Shown piece after piece: positions 8,436 to 17,233 of a DNA stretch of 28,214 nt. Source of the stretch: an uncultured Deinococcales bacterium (GTDB lineage: Bacteria > Deinococcota > Deinococci > Deinococcales > JAAFIG01). Numbering within the stretch: position 1 is the first letter of the stretch; each line of letters opens with the position of its first letter. The notes beneath the pieces are model-generated. The model saw only the letters and a program-made list of their open reading frames with translations. It ran no database searches and was not told where the DNA came from. The stretch covers positions 13,519 to 41,732 of the forward strand of contig CAXTKV010000006.1 of NCBI GenBank assembly GCA_964244895.1, in the 5' to 3' direction. Made by a program: the position numbers and the translations under genes.

Positions 8436-9233
8436 TCAACGCCGCAAGATCAGGTACGCCGCGATCACCGCGATCACGATCAAGCCCGTGCGGACGCGCT
8501 GGTCAGCCCATAAACTCGAGAGCTTCGGCGCGGATGACCCGGAACCATCCGCGCGCGGTGCGGGCTTGGAGAAAGATTTCATCGCCAGTTTCTGCGAGCG
8601 TTTGAGCGCCGCGACGGATTCCGAACGCTTGCCCTGCTTGCGCAGCGCGGCGGCCAGGTTGTTGTGCGCGGTCGCGTACTCCGGGTTGATGACCAACGCC
8701 TCGCGGTAACGGCCTTCGGCCACGATCAGGTCGCCCGCCTCGAGATCGAGGTTGCCCAGGTTGGTGATCGCGCGGTAGTGGCGCGCATCGGCCTCCAGTG
8801 CCGCCCTGAAGTGCTCCCTCGCTCGTTCGGATTCCCCGCCGAGCGCCGCCAGCACGCCGAGTTGATTCTCCGCCTCGGCGCGGGTGATTGGGTGTGCGGA
8901 AGCCTCCTGGAGCGCGCTAACGGTCATTTCGAGGTCATTGCGCATGGATTTTTCGGCGCGTTCCAGGGCGCTCAGCGCGTTCGGAATGCCGTCCGACTCG
9001 AGCCCCAGGACGCTTGAAAATCCGTCCAGCCGCACGCCCCTGGCGCTGGCGTACTCCTTGGCGCGCAAAGCCCGAACCAGTTCTACCAGCCGCTCGAGCG
9101 CTGACCTGGCGTCCGGTTCGGCCCTGCCAATCAGCTCCAGGGCGCGCATCCGACCGAGGGCTTCCTCGTAAGCGCCGCGGCGCAGGCTGTCGCGCCAGTT
9201 GACGGCCTCGGGGTTGGCCAGGGCTTCGGTCAT
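8436..9233 (-). CDS. TPR-repeat protein with C-terminal membrane anchor
   Basis: TPR motifs (AENQLGVL, AITNLGNL, AHNNLAAAL) and a C-terminal hydrophobic helix followed by RR. Start reassigned to ATG 9233 (ATGA overlap). Confidence 0.8.
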   Translation of the reverse strand: MTEALANPEAVNWRDSLRRGAYEEALGRMRALELIGRAEPDARSALERLVELVRALRAKEYASARGVRLDGFSSVLGLESDGIPNALSALERAEKSMRNDLEMTVSALQEASAHPITRAEAENQLGVLAALGGESERAREHFRAALEADARHYRAITNLGNLDLEAGDLIVAEGRYREALVINPEYATAHNNLAAALRKQGKRSESVAALKRSQKLAMKSFSKPAPRADGSGSSAPKLSSLWADQRVRTGLIVIAVIAAYLILRR

Positions 9234-9799
9234 TCGTGCGCCCGCAATTCCGGGTTGAAAGCCATCTCGCCCGCGCGCACGGGCACGGACAACCAGTTTT
9301 CCGCGGGTGGCACCGGGCAATTCCAGCCGTCCGAGTAGGCGCAACTCGGGTTGTAAGCCATGTTCAAGTCCAGTTCGACCAACTCGCCGTCAAAATTGGC
9401 CTCGATGTACCGCCCGGAACCGTAGGTTTCCGCGCCGCTGGTCGCATCGCGAAACGGCACGAACAGTTGCTCGGGCGGCGTTCCGGGTGGAGCGAACGTC
9501 GCCAGCCTGAAGACCTCGCCCGCGATGCTCAGGTTGACCCAGCCGATGCGCTGGTAGAGCCGCTGGGAACCCGTGGAGGTCTGCATCACGACCTCCTGGT
9601 GTTCAGCATCCGGCTCGAGCCGCGCATGAAAGGCCAGTGCGGGATCGTCCGGGTAATAGCGCAACCCTTCGAAACCGTTCCGTGCGGACGCGGGAATCGG
9701 GCTCTGGCGGTTTGTCCGAAAAAAATCGTCCTTGCGGCGACGGTAATCCAGAATTTCAGGGCGTTCACTCGATGGTTCCACACCGATAGTCTCTTTCAC
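9230..9799 (-). CDS. DUF1684 family protein
   Basis: RRRKDDFF...SP, LFVPFRDATSG.ETYGSGRY and DLNMAYNPSCAYSDGWNCPVPP.EN motifs. Confidence 0.88.
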   Translation of the reverse strand: MKETIGVEPSSERPEILDYRRRKDDFFRTNRQSPIPASARNGFEGLRYYPDDPALAFHARLEPDAEHQEVVMQTSTGSQRLYQRIGWVNLSIAGEVFRLATFAPPGTPPEQLFVPFRDATSGAETYGSGRYIEANFDGELVELDLNMAYNPSCAYSDGWNCPVPPAENWLSVPVRAGEMAFNPELRAHE

Positions 9800-9840
9800 A
9801 CCCGACCCCGCGATTGTGCAACATCAGACAACCCAAAAAC

Positions 9841-9861
9841 GCCCGTGCCAGACGGTATTCC
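9841..9861. repeat. REP-like element, single arm
   Basis: CCGTGCCAGACGGTATTC. Confidence 0.5.
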
Positions 9862-9875
9862 TGGCGTGCGCGGGC

Positions 9876-10397
9876 TCATTTCACCGGTTCGCGCGCCGCG
9901 ATCATGTCGGACATCCGCACGAAAGCGTGCGCCGTGACCTCGGCATCGCCCAGCGCCCGGTGGCGGCTCGAGGGTTGAAGCCCGAGGCGTTCGCAGACCG
10001 CGTCCAGGTTGTGACGCCGCTCCGCCGGGAAGATCCGCCGGGAGAGTTCCATCGTGCAATGCGCCGTCCTGGGCGCGCGCAAGCCCAGGCGTGAAGCGTG
10101 CTCGGTCAGGAAACCCATGTCGAACCCCGCGTTGTGCGCCACCAGCGTGCGATCCCCGACGAATTCCAGGAAGGCGGGCAGGACGGACTCGAGGCTCGGA
10201 GAACCGACCACCATGCCGTCCCGGATGCCGTGAACGCGCGTCACGAACCACGGAATGGGGCGGCCCGGATTGACCAAGCTGTGAAAGGTTTCGTTCGTCA
10301 CGCGCCCACCCTCGACCACGACCGCACCGATCTCGAGGATCGCGTCGGATCGCGGTGAAAGGCCGGTCGTCTCCAGGTCGAACACCACCCATTGCAT
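9876..10397 (-). CDS. Stand-alone DEDDh 3'-5' exonuclease (DnaQ/PolC exonuclease-like)
   Basis: ExoI VFDLETTG, ExoII AHNAGFD, ExoIII HRALGDA. Confidence 0.9.
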   Translation of the reverse strand: MQWVVFDLETTGLSPRSDAILEIGAVVVEGGRVTNETFHSLVNPGRPIPWFVTRVHGIRDGMVVGSPSLESVLPAFLEFVGDRTLVAHNAGFDMGFLTEHASRLGLRAPRTAHCTMELSRRIFPAERRHNLDAVCERLGLQPSSRHRALGDAEVTAHAFVRMSDMIAAREPVK

Positions 10398-10404
10398 CGC
10401 CCAA

Positions 10405-10410
10405 AGATTA
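10405..10410 (-). promoter_or_regulatory. -10 box TAATCT, leaderless exonuclease transcript
   Basis: TAATCT 7 nt upstream of the ATG, with no SD sequence. Confidence 0.6.
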
Positions 10411-10655
10411 ACACGCCCGAATCGGCCCTCAGCTCCGAGAAGGCACGATTCTCGCGTCGTGAAAGCGCCCCGAGACCGTCCAAGACCAGCTCGTCAGACG
10501 CGATCCGCAGGCGCTGCCGACCTGGACTGACGCGAGCGATACGGACGGGCCGGGCGGGCTCGAGCCATCGCAGCTCGGATGCAGCGCCTCGGCGAATCAC
10601 ACGAGGCAGAATCAAACCAAGCGAGCCTCGAGCGAACACGTCTGAACGCTCAGGC

Positions 10656-10700
10656 GCACCGTCCGGCACGCAACCAAAAATCTTCGTGCTGGACGGTGTT
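10656..10700. repeat. REP-like palindromic element copy
   Basis: GCACCGTCCGGCACG...CGTGCTGGACGGTGTT. Confidence 0.85.
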
Positions 10701-10870
10701 CCGCGCGTTCAAGAGATCGCACGAAATGACACAACGCGTTTCCTGGTCGGCGCTCGGCATTCGGGCCAGACCTCGGCGTCACGTTCGGCTCGAGTAAACG
10801 CGAGCAAAATCTTTTTGGAGCAGAATGCTGAACATGCGCCCCTCGATGCGTCTCATTGATCGCTTTTCAA

Positions 10871-10929
10871 GAACGTCGTCCAGGACAGGGTTTTTGTTTC
10901 TACCAGAAACCACGTGTGGGACGGTGTTC
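10871..10929. repeat. REP-like palindromic element copy
   Basis: GAACGTCGTCCAGGAC...CGTGTGGGACGGTGTTC. Confidence 0.75.
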
Positions 10930-10931
10930 CC

Positions 10932-11561
10932 GTGAGCCCATTCGAAGAACTCTGGGATTACCGCTCGCGCGTGCGAGACCTGTACCGCCGCGTGCGCGAT
11001 GACCTGACGCTCGAGAATGCCGATCCGGCTCGTATCCATCGCGCCTTCTGCGATTCCAGGGACGAACTCTTCCGCGCGCACCCGCAATCGGCGCTCGATG
11101 CCTCGCAAAAGGCCAGGTTTCGCGGTCTCGAGTATTTCGAATACGATCCTCGGCTGCGCTTCCTCGCTCCGCTCGAGACCGACGTGCAACCCGATGTGCT
11201 CGAGTTCCAGCTTTCAGAGGACGGCCTCGTGCGGGCCCAGCGCTTCGGACGGGTTCGATTCGCGCTCGACGACCGGGCGCACTCGCTGTCGCTGTTCTGG
11301 CTGCTCGGTTACGGCGGTGGCGTGTTCCTGCCTTTTCGCGACGCGACCGGCAGCCAAGAGACCTACGGCGGAGGTCGTTACCTGCTGGACACGATCAAGC
11401 ACGCCGACCTGGGGCGGATCGGCGATCTGGTGGTGATTGACTTCAATTACGCCTACAACCCGTCGTGCGCGTACAACCCGCGCTGGGTCTGCCCGCTCTC
11501 GCCGCCCGAAAACCGTCTGAACATACCGATCAGGGCGGGCGAGAAAGCCTTCGCGGAGTGA
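10932..11561 (+). CDS. DUF1684 family protein (second paralogue)
   Basis: RDELFRAHPQS, FLPFRDAT...ETYGGGRYLLDT and DFNYAYNPSCAYNPRWVCPLSPPEN. Start probably GTG 10932, since the upstream GTG lies inside a repeat. Confidence 0.87.
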   Translation: MSPFEELWDYRSRVRDLYRRVRDDLTLENADPARIHRAFCDSRDELFRAHPQSALDASQKARFRGLEYFEYDPRLRFLAPLETDVQPDVLEFQLSEDGLVRAQRFGRVRFALDDRAHSLSLFWLLGYGGGVFLPFRDATGSQETYGGGRYLLDTIKHADLGRIGDLVVIDFNYAYNPSCAYNPRWVCPLSPPENRLNIPIRAGEKAFAE

Positions 11562-11632
11562 TCGAAATTCCCTGTGTTCGCTTCGTTTTCGGTGTTGAGA
11601 CAACCCGAGAAGATCGAGTCCCGCGAAGACCG

Positions 11633-11666
11633 AAAAGCGAGAACCCCGTCAGCGACGAGGTTCTTC
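11633..11666 (-). terminator. Probable intrinsic terminator of the tRNA operon
   Basis: Imperfect hairpin GAACCCCGTC-AGC-GACGAGGTTC with a short T-run on the minus strand, directly after tRNA-Arg. Confidence 0.55.
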
Positions 11667-11667
11667 G

Positions 11668-11744
<77 letters not shown>

Positions 11745-11765
11745 ATCTTGGTCGTGCCGTACATC

Positions 11766-11854
11766 TGGCGGAGAGGGAGAGATTTGAACTCTCGGTACCT
11801 TTTGAGTACGCAGTCTTAGCAGGACTGTGGTTTAAGCCGCTCACCCACCTCTCC
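11766..11854 (-). tRNA. tRNA-Ser(GCT)
   Basis: GGAGAGGTGGGTGAGCGGCTTAAACCACAGTCCT-GCT-AAGACTG, long variable arm, GTTCAAATC, CCA end. Confidence 0.96.
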
Positions 11855-11878
11855 ACGGTCTTGAAAGTGCGGCGCGAG

Positions 11879-11968
11879 TGGCGGAGGGTGAGGGATTCGA
11901 ACCCCCGGTGGAGTTACCCCCACTGCAGTTTTCAAGACTGCTGCCTTCAACCGCTCGGCCAACCCTCC
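11879..11968 (-). tRNA. tRNA-Ser(TGA)
   Basis: GGAGGGTTGGCCGAGCGGTTGAAGGCAGCAGTCT-TGA-AAACTG, long variable arm, GTTCGAATC, CCA end. Confidence 0.96.
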
Positions 11969-12006
11969 GTGGGCTGCCACGCTCGAAGGTCTCGAACGCG
12001 TTAGAG

Positions 12007-12035
12007 AGTATACGAGTGGTTTTGGCTCCTGTCAA
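12007..12035 (-). promoter_or_regulatory. Sigma-A promoter of the tRNA operon
   Basis: TTGACA (12030-12035), 17-bp spacer, TATACT (12007-12012), 38 nt upstream of tRNA-Ser(TGA). Confidence 0.9.
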
Positions 12036-12154
12036 TCAGAATTGAACGCCGTGGTGAACGCGAAATCTGTCGGGCGTGGCGTTTCCACGCACCAGATTCG
12101 GTGCCTCGAGGCGCGCCCTGCCTGGCGCGAGCGAGTGGGGTCTGTATTCGAGAA

Positions 12155-12200
12155 AAGACCGTCCAGCACGCGAATTGAACCGTGCGTGCCGGACGGTGTT
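12155..12200. repeat. REP-like palindromic element copy
   Basis: AAGACCGTCCAGCACGC...GCGTGCCGGACGGTGTT. Confidence 0.88.
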
Positions 12201-12234
12201 CTTTTGGAATGTCCGGGGCGTGGTTTCATGCCGT

Positions 12235-13182
12235 GTGGAACCGATCCGTCAGAGCGCTACGCCGGGAAGGTTGGACGTGGTCGTGTCGAAAATCGCGGGG
12301 ATTTCTCGGGCGCTGGCGAAAACCTGGCTCGAGGCGGGCGCGGTCAGGGTCGCGGGGCGGGTCGTGACCAAACCGAGCTTCGACCTGAAAGGCACGGAAA
12401 TTCTCGAGATCGCGCCGCTGGAAGCGCCAGCTTCCGAGGTGACGCCCGAGGACATTCCGTTGACGGTTCTTTACGAGGACGAGTTTTTGATCGCCGTGGA
12501 CAAACCCGCCGGGATGCTGACCCACCCCGCCGCGCACGTCAGCACGGGAACGCTGGTCAACGCGCTGCTGGGTCGCGTGCCCTTGGCGCTCGAGGGTGAG
12601 GAATTCGGGCCGGAAGGCTACAGGCCCGGCATCGTTCACAGGCTCGATCAGGACACGTCCGGCGTGATCGTGGTCGCCAAGACCCGAGCGGCGCACGAGC
12701 GGCTCTCCAGGGCGTTTCAGGATCGGGAGACGCGCAAGTTTTACCTGGCGCTGACGGTCGGCGTGCCACCGCGGGAAGTCAGCGTCACCGCACCCATCGG
12801 GCGGCACCCGGTCGCCAAAGTCAGGATGTCGGTCGGTGGGACTTCGGCGCGTGACGCGCGCACGGATTTCAAAGTGCTGGCGGTCGCTCCAGCGGAGAAC
12901 CCCGTATGCGCGCTGGTGCAGGCCAGGATTTACACGGGCCGCACGCACCAGATTCGCGTTCACTTGCAGCACCTCAAAACGCCAATTCTGGGCGATCTGG
13001 TGTACGGCAAACCCTCCGCGCTGATCGCGCGGCAAGCCTTGCACGCCTGGAAGCTCGAGGTGCCGCACCCGATCACCCGCGAAGCCCTGCGGCTCGAGGC
13101 CAGCCCGCCCGAGGACTTCGTGACGGCCTGGTTGGGCGCGGGCGGCGTGTGGACGTGGCCGATTCCGGGTGCGGACGCGTAA
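12235..13182 (+). CDS. rluD: RluA/RluD family pseudouridine synthase
   Basis: S4-like GRLD, VDKPAGMLTHP, RPGIVHRLDQDTSG, TGRTHQIRVH and RQALHA. Start placed at GTG 12235 because the longer ORF runs through a repeat. Confidence 0.9.
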   Translation: MEPIRQSATPGRLDVVVSKIAGISRALAKTWLEAGAVRVAGRVVTKPSFDLKGTEILEIAPLEAPASEVTPEDIPLTVLYEDEFLIAVDKPAGMLTHPAAHVSTGTLVNALLGRVPLALEGEEFGPEGYRPGIVHRLDQDTSGVIVVAKTRAAHERLSRAFQDRETRKFYLALTVGVPPREVSVTAPIGRHPVAKVRMSVGGTSARDARTDFKVLAVAPAENPVCALVQARIYTGRTHQIRVHLQHLKTPILGDLVYGKPSALIARQALHAWKLEVPHPITREALRLEASPPEDFVTAWLGAGGVWTWPIPGADA

Positions 13183-13233
13183 ACACCGTCCTGGACGCAT
13201 TCTTGAATACGTGTCCAGGACGGTGTTCTCGAG
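13182..13233. repeat. REP-like palindromic element copy
   Basis: AACACCGTCCTGGAC...GTCCAGGACGGTGTTCTCGAG. Confidence 0.9.
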
Positions 13234-13256
13234 GTCGGGTGCGGTTTCCCCGCACG

Positions 13257-13282
13257 AAAAAGGGCGACCGCACGGTCGCCCT
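13257..13282 (-). terminator. Intrinsic terminator after the E2 gene
   Basis: AGGGCGACC-GCAC-GGTCGCCCT hairpin with an adjacent A-run on the plus strand (T-run on minus). Confidence 0.8.
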
Positions 13283-13299
13283 CGAGTGTGCCAACAGGT

Positions 13300-14748
13300 T
13301 TAGATGGCTTCGAGCAGGAATTGATCCGGGCTCTCGAGCAGGTGGACGATCTTTTTGAGGAAACGCGCCCCTTCCGCACCGTCGATCAAACGGTGATCGA
13401 AGCTCAACGACAGGTACATCATGTGCCGCACCACGATCTGACCATCGCGCACGACCGGGCGTTCCTGCAGGGCCTGCACGCCCAGAATCGCGGCGTCCGG
13501 CACGTTGATGATCGGGAAGCTCAACAGCGACCCAGCGGAACCCATGTTGGTGACGCTGAAGCTGCTGCCCGACATGTCGTCCGGGCTGAGCTTGCCATCG
13601 CGGGCTTTCGTTGCCAGCGCCGCAATTTCTCGCGCGATCTCGAGGATGCTCTTGCGATCCACGTCCTTGATGACGGGCACGACCAGCCCGGCTTCGGTGT
13701 CTACGGCGCAACCCAGGTTGTAGTAAAGCTTCTTGACGATCTCCTGGGCGGCCTCGTCAATGCTGGAATTGAGGTTCGGGTGCTGCTTCAGGATGCTGGC
13801 GGTCGCCTTGAAGATGAATGGCAGGTAGGTCAGTTTGACGCCCGCCTTTTCGGCCACGGGCTTCATGCGCTCGCGCAGTGCGACCAGCGCGCTCATGTCG
13901 ACCTCGTCCACGGTCAGGGTGCGCACCGTGTAGAGGTGGCTGGCGAGCATCTGGTTGCTGATCACGCGCCGCAGACCGCGCAACGGCGTGCGCTCTTCTA
14001 AGGTTTCATAACCCTTGGGCGTGCGGTACTGGACGGGCGGCACGGGCAACCCGGAACCCGCTGGAGCCTTCGCCGCCGGGGCTGGTGTGCTCGAGGCCGT
14101 AGGGGCCGGAGCGCTCGAGCCGTTGGATGCGAACGCCTTGACATCGTCCACGCCGACCCGACCCAGCGGCCCGGAACCCGGAACCGCCGCGATGTCGATG
14201 TCCATCTCCCGAGCCATCGCGCGGGCGGCGGGAACGGCCAGCACGCGACCGAACTTGTTTGTGCCAGCGGCGGTTTCGGTGGCGACACCGTTCGCTTTCG
14301 CGCCGGGTTTGGGCGCGTCGAACTTGGCGGCCATCGATCCCATGCCGTAGCTCGAGGACACCGCGCTGTCGGTGGCCGTGACCGCGCCCAACTGCGCTGG
14401 AGCTTCTGCCGGGGCGGGTGCGGCTGGGGTTGGTGCTGGTGTGGCTGAGGTCGGTGCGGCGGGTGCTGGTGTTGGGGCTGCTGCGGCGGGTGCCGGGGCG
14501 CTCGCGCCCGAACCGTCGTCGATGATCGCGATCGGAGCCTTGACCGCCACGACCGCACCTTCAGGCGCGATGATCTTGGTCAATTTGCCCGCGAACGGGC
14601 TGGGCAACTCGACCGTGACCTTGTCCGTCATAACCTCGACGATGGGCTGATCGAGCTTGATCTCGTCGCCCTCTTTGACCATCCACTTGAGGATCTCGCC
14701 CTCCACGACGCTTTCTGCGAGTTCAGGCAGCAGGAATTCTTTGGACAT
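13300..14748 (-). CDS. pdhC: 2-oxoacid dehydrogenase E2, dihydrolipoamide acyltransferase
   Basis: Lipoyl domain (EVMTDKVTVE), Ala/Pro linker, E3-binding domain (AVPAARAMARE...GSGPLGRV) and catalytic DHRLIDG. Pyruvate versus branched-chain specificity not resolved. Confidence 0.9.
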   Translation of the reverse strand: MSKEFLLPELAESVVEGEILKWMVKEGDEIKLDQPIVEVMTDKVTVELPSPFAGKLTKIIAPEGAVVAVKAPIAIIDDGSGASAPAPAAAAPTPAPAAPTSATPAPTPAAPAPAEAPAQLGAVTATDSAVSSSYGMGSMAAKFDAPKPGAKANGVATETAAGTNKFGRVLAVPAARAMAREMDIDIAAVPGSGPLGRVGVDDVKAFASNGSSAPAPTASSTPAPAAKAPAGSGLPVPPVQYRTPKGYETLEERTPLRGLRRVISNQMLASHLYTVRTLTVDEVDMSALVALRERMKPVAEKAGVKLTYLPFIFKATASILKQHPNLNSSIDEAAQEIVKKLYYNLGCAVDTEAGLVVPVIKDVDRKSILEIAREIAALATKARDGKLSPDDMSGSSFSVTNMGSAGSLLSFPIINVPDAAILGVQALQERPVVRDGQIVVRHMMYLSLSFDHRLIDGAEGARFLKKIVHLLESPDQFLLEAI

Positions 14749-14754
14749 GCACCG

Positions 14755-14760
14755 AGTTTA
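14755..14760 (-). promoter_or_regulatory. -10 box TAAACT, leaderless E2 transcript
   Basis: TAAACT 6 nt upstream of the ATG, with no SD sequence. Confidence 0.6.
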
Positions 14761-14871
14761 CCGTCTCGAGCCCTGCCGTGGGCGTCTCTGAGGGCACAGT
14801 TGGGGCGGTCAGGGGTCAGGTTGAGGGATCGGAAGTCAGGAGCGAACAGCCTTGAAAAGACGCGACTCACC

Positions 14872-14923
14872 GACATCGTCCAGCACACGCTTTCAAATAT
14901 GCGCGCTGGACGATGTTCTCGAG
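14872..14923. repeat. REP-like palindromic element copy
   Basis: GACATCGTCCAGCAC...GCGCTGGACGATGTTCTCGAG (compensatory C-G to T-A change in both arms). Confidence 0.88.
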
Positions 14924-14932
14924 AGATACGCT

Positions 14933-15772
14933 TCAGGTGCCGAGCATCTTCTTCATGCCGCTGAAAATGGCATCCCCACTCGTATCCGCGAGCTTCGCGG
15001 CTGCGCGCGCCTGCATTCCGCTGGAGGTCTGATAGCGAAAATGCGGTTGTTCCGCCGTGGCCGCCTCGAGAATCACGCTCGCCACCTCATCCCCGGACTG
15101 CCCGACCTGATCGAAAGACGCGTTGACGACCCGCAAGTACGCCCCAAGGGGTGCGTGATACGGGTTCTCGGCTGGATTGGCCATCAGTGCGCGCCCGCCG
15201 ACGTTTTCAACAAACGCGGTCTGCACCGGGCCGGGCTCGATCAACGACACGCCCACCCCGAAGTGCGACACCACCGGCGCGAGGCTTTCCATCATGCCCT
15301 CGAGCGCAAACTTGGCCGCGCAGTACGCATCGTTGAACGGTTGCCCGATCAACCCACCGACGCTCGAGATGCTGATGATCCGACCCGACCCAGCCTCGCG
15401 CATGGCGGGCAGGACGGCTTGCGTGGTGCGCCAGACGCCGTAAAAATTCACGTCCATGACGCGCTGTAAATCATCCATGGACACCTGCTCGACCGTCCCC
15501 AGATGACCCGCGCCCGCGTTGTTGACCAGCACGTCCACGCGCCCGTGCTGCTCGAGCACGCCCCGCACGCACGCCGCGATGGACGCTGCGTCCGTCACGT
15601 CCAGGGCGCGCACATCCAGATTCACGCCCTCCAATTTCGCACGTTCCAGTAACGCTTCCGCCTTGGTCGTGTCGCGCATGGTTGCGGTCACGGCGAATCC
15701 CGCTCTGGCCAGAACGATGGCGGCTGACAACCCGATGCCTGTGGACGTACCCGTAATCAATGCTGTTTTCAT
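14933..15772 (-). CDS. Short-chain dehydrogenase/reductase
   Basis: TGTSTGIG, NNAG and S...YCAAK motifs. ATGA overlap with the MerR gene. Confidence 0.92.
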   Translation of the reverse strand: MKTALITGTSTGIGLSAAIVLARAGFAVTATMRDTTKAEALLERAKLEGVNLDVRALDVTDAASIAACVRGVLEQHGRVDVLVNNAGAGHLGTVEQVSMDDLQRVMDVNFYGVWRTTQAVLPAMREAGSGRIISISSVGGLIGQPFNDAYCAAKFALEGMMESLAPVVSHFGVGVSLIEPGPVQTAFVENVGGRALMANPAENPYHAPLGAYLRVVNASFDQVGQSGDEVASVILEAATAEQPHFRYQTSSGMQARAAAKLADTSGDAIFSGMKKMLGT

Positions 15773-16194
15773 GATTTCCCCTTCTTGCCCCTGGGCTTCG
15801 ATGATTCCGGCGCGCAGACCGCGCCAACCGACGACTCGCGCGAACGGTAAAACTCCAGCTTCTTCTGAATCGTTCCCAGCGATTCTTGTAAGTCCACGAT
15901 GCGTTCCAGCACGGTTTTTTCGTGCGCTTCAATCAACGCGCGACGACCCGGTAAGGTTTGCTCGCCCAACTGGTACAGCCGGATGTACTCCTGAATCTGC
16001 GCCAACGGCATGCCCGTCGAACGCAAACACACCAGAAACTCGATCCACAGCAAGTCGTCATCGTTGTACCGACGGTGACGGCTCGAGGCGTGCCTCGAAG
16101 GTGCCAGCAGGCCGATGCGCTCGTAGTACCTGAGCGTGTCCTCGCTCAGCCCCGTGCTGGTGGCAACCTGTCGGATGGTGAAACTCGAGTTCAC
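15769..16194 (-). CDS. MerR family regulator (AdhR/NmlR-like)
   Basis: FTIRQVA..TGLS.DTLRYYERIGLL, HRRYND and CLRSTGMPL with the conserved Cys. Confidence 0.92.
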   Translation of the reverse strand: MNSSFTIRQVATSTGLSEDTLRYYERIGLLAPSRHASSRHRRYNDDDLLWIEFLVCLRSTGMPLAQIQEYIRLYQLGEQTLPGRRALIEAHEKTVLERIVDLQESLGTIQKKLEFYRSRESSVGAVCAPESSKPRGKKGKS

Positions 16195-16201
16195 GAGCTA
16201 C

Positions 16202-16232
16202 ACCCTAGAACTTGGAGTTCACTCCAAGTCAA
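16202..16232 (-). promoter_or_regulatory. MerR-type promoter/operator: TTGACT-19 bp-TAGGGT with dyad ACTTGGAGT-GA-ACTCCAAGT
   Basis: -35 at 16227-16232 and -10 at 16202-16207. The 19-bp spacer is characteristic of MerR promoters. A 9-bp inverted repeat spans 16210-16229, and the GTG start lies 7 nt after the -10 (leaderless). Confidence 0.9.
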
Positions 16233-16255
16233 GCTCGATGCACGATCTTTATACA

Positions 16256-16307
16256 AACACCGTCCAGCATGTACTCTCGAAAATGCGTACTGGACGGTGT
16301 TCTCGAG
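16256..16307. repeat. REP-like palindromic element copy
   Basis: AACACCGTCCAGCATG...CGTACTGGACGGTGTTCTCGAG. Confidence 0.9.
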
Positions 16308-16319
16308 GCCATCCTGAAA

Positions 16320-17128
16320 TTATTCGTCGTCTATGTCCGGGTACTGCTCGGGGGCATGGCCCTTCGATTCCAACACCTTCGGGTAACGCACCTTCGGTTC
16401 GCGCGGCTCGAGCCGTAAGAACGCCACCTCGAACGTCCAATCGTCGCCGTAATCGAACAGGTAACACCACTTCGGTCGCGCGCTCGAGAAGACGCTCAGG
16501 ATCGGCGTGCCCTTCACGCCAGTCGCCCCGGCGTCCACCTCGAGCCCACCCGGAACGAATTCCAGATCGTCTAATTCGTCCTCGCTCGGTGCCCAGTACG
16601 CTTCGTGCGCCATCTCTTTGAGCATCAGCTTCGCAGCCTCGTGATGCTCATCTGGGACGTGCGGTAAGAACGCGCCCTGGAAACGGTTGAAGGCGTGCTC
16701 GAAGACGATCTCCTCGAGTTCAGCTTCGATCTCGAGCTGCAAAGCCTCAAAATCCACCTTCTGGGTCGCGTGCGATAGCGACTGTCGCTGGGTCGATCCC
16801 CACGAGTTCCAGCGTTGCGACCTCGTCCAGGCCGGACGGTAACGCATCGAGCACCAGATCACCGAATGGTGACGCGGCCATATCGCTCGCATCGGCGAAC
16901 AACTCGTACTTCGCTTTGGCGCTGTACGGGTTCTTGAGGTTGTCGTAAAAGCCGAACGCGTGATCAAAATCGAAGTCCAACGCGATTGATCGCCTCCGCC
17001 AGCCCCTACAAATCTGTGTTCGCATCGATGGCGATGGTTCGGTGTGGGCGTCGTTTCTCGCCTTCGGGAATGGCGTTGGTGCTGACCTCGAAGATGACGA
17101 CCTGCTTTTGGGCATCGGGTTTTGCCAC
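16320..17128 (-). pseudogene. Disrupted pRiA4b ORF-3 / IS1096-passenger TnpR-like gene
   Basis: Three frames join into one family pattern: RTIAIDANTDL*GLAEAI / LDFDFDHAFGFY...YELFAD / YLFDYGDDWTFEV...YPKVLESKGHAPEQYP. In-frame TAG at 17006-17008 and frameshifts near 16980 and 16770. GTG 17128 lies 7 nt after TAGGCT. Confidence 0.75.
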
Positions 17129-17175
17129 GAGTGTCAGCCTAGCAAGTCCGGTCGCTAAAGGTGCATCACGGTAGG

Positions 17176-17220
17176 GATACCGTCCCACACGCATTCTCGA
17201 TTTGCGTGATGCGCGGTGTT
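17176..17220. repeat. REP-like palindromic element copy
   Basis: GATACCGTCCCACACGC...GCGTGATGCGCGGTGTT. Confidence 0.7.
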
Positions 17221-17233
17221 CTTTTCTGCGAGC

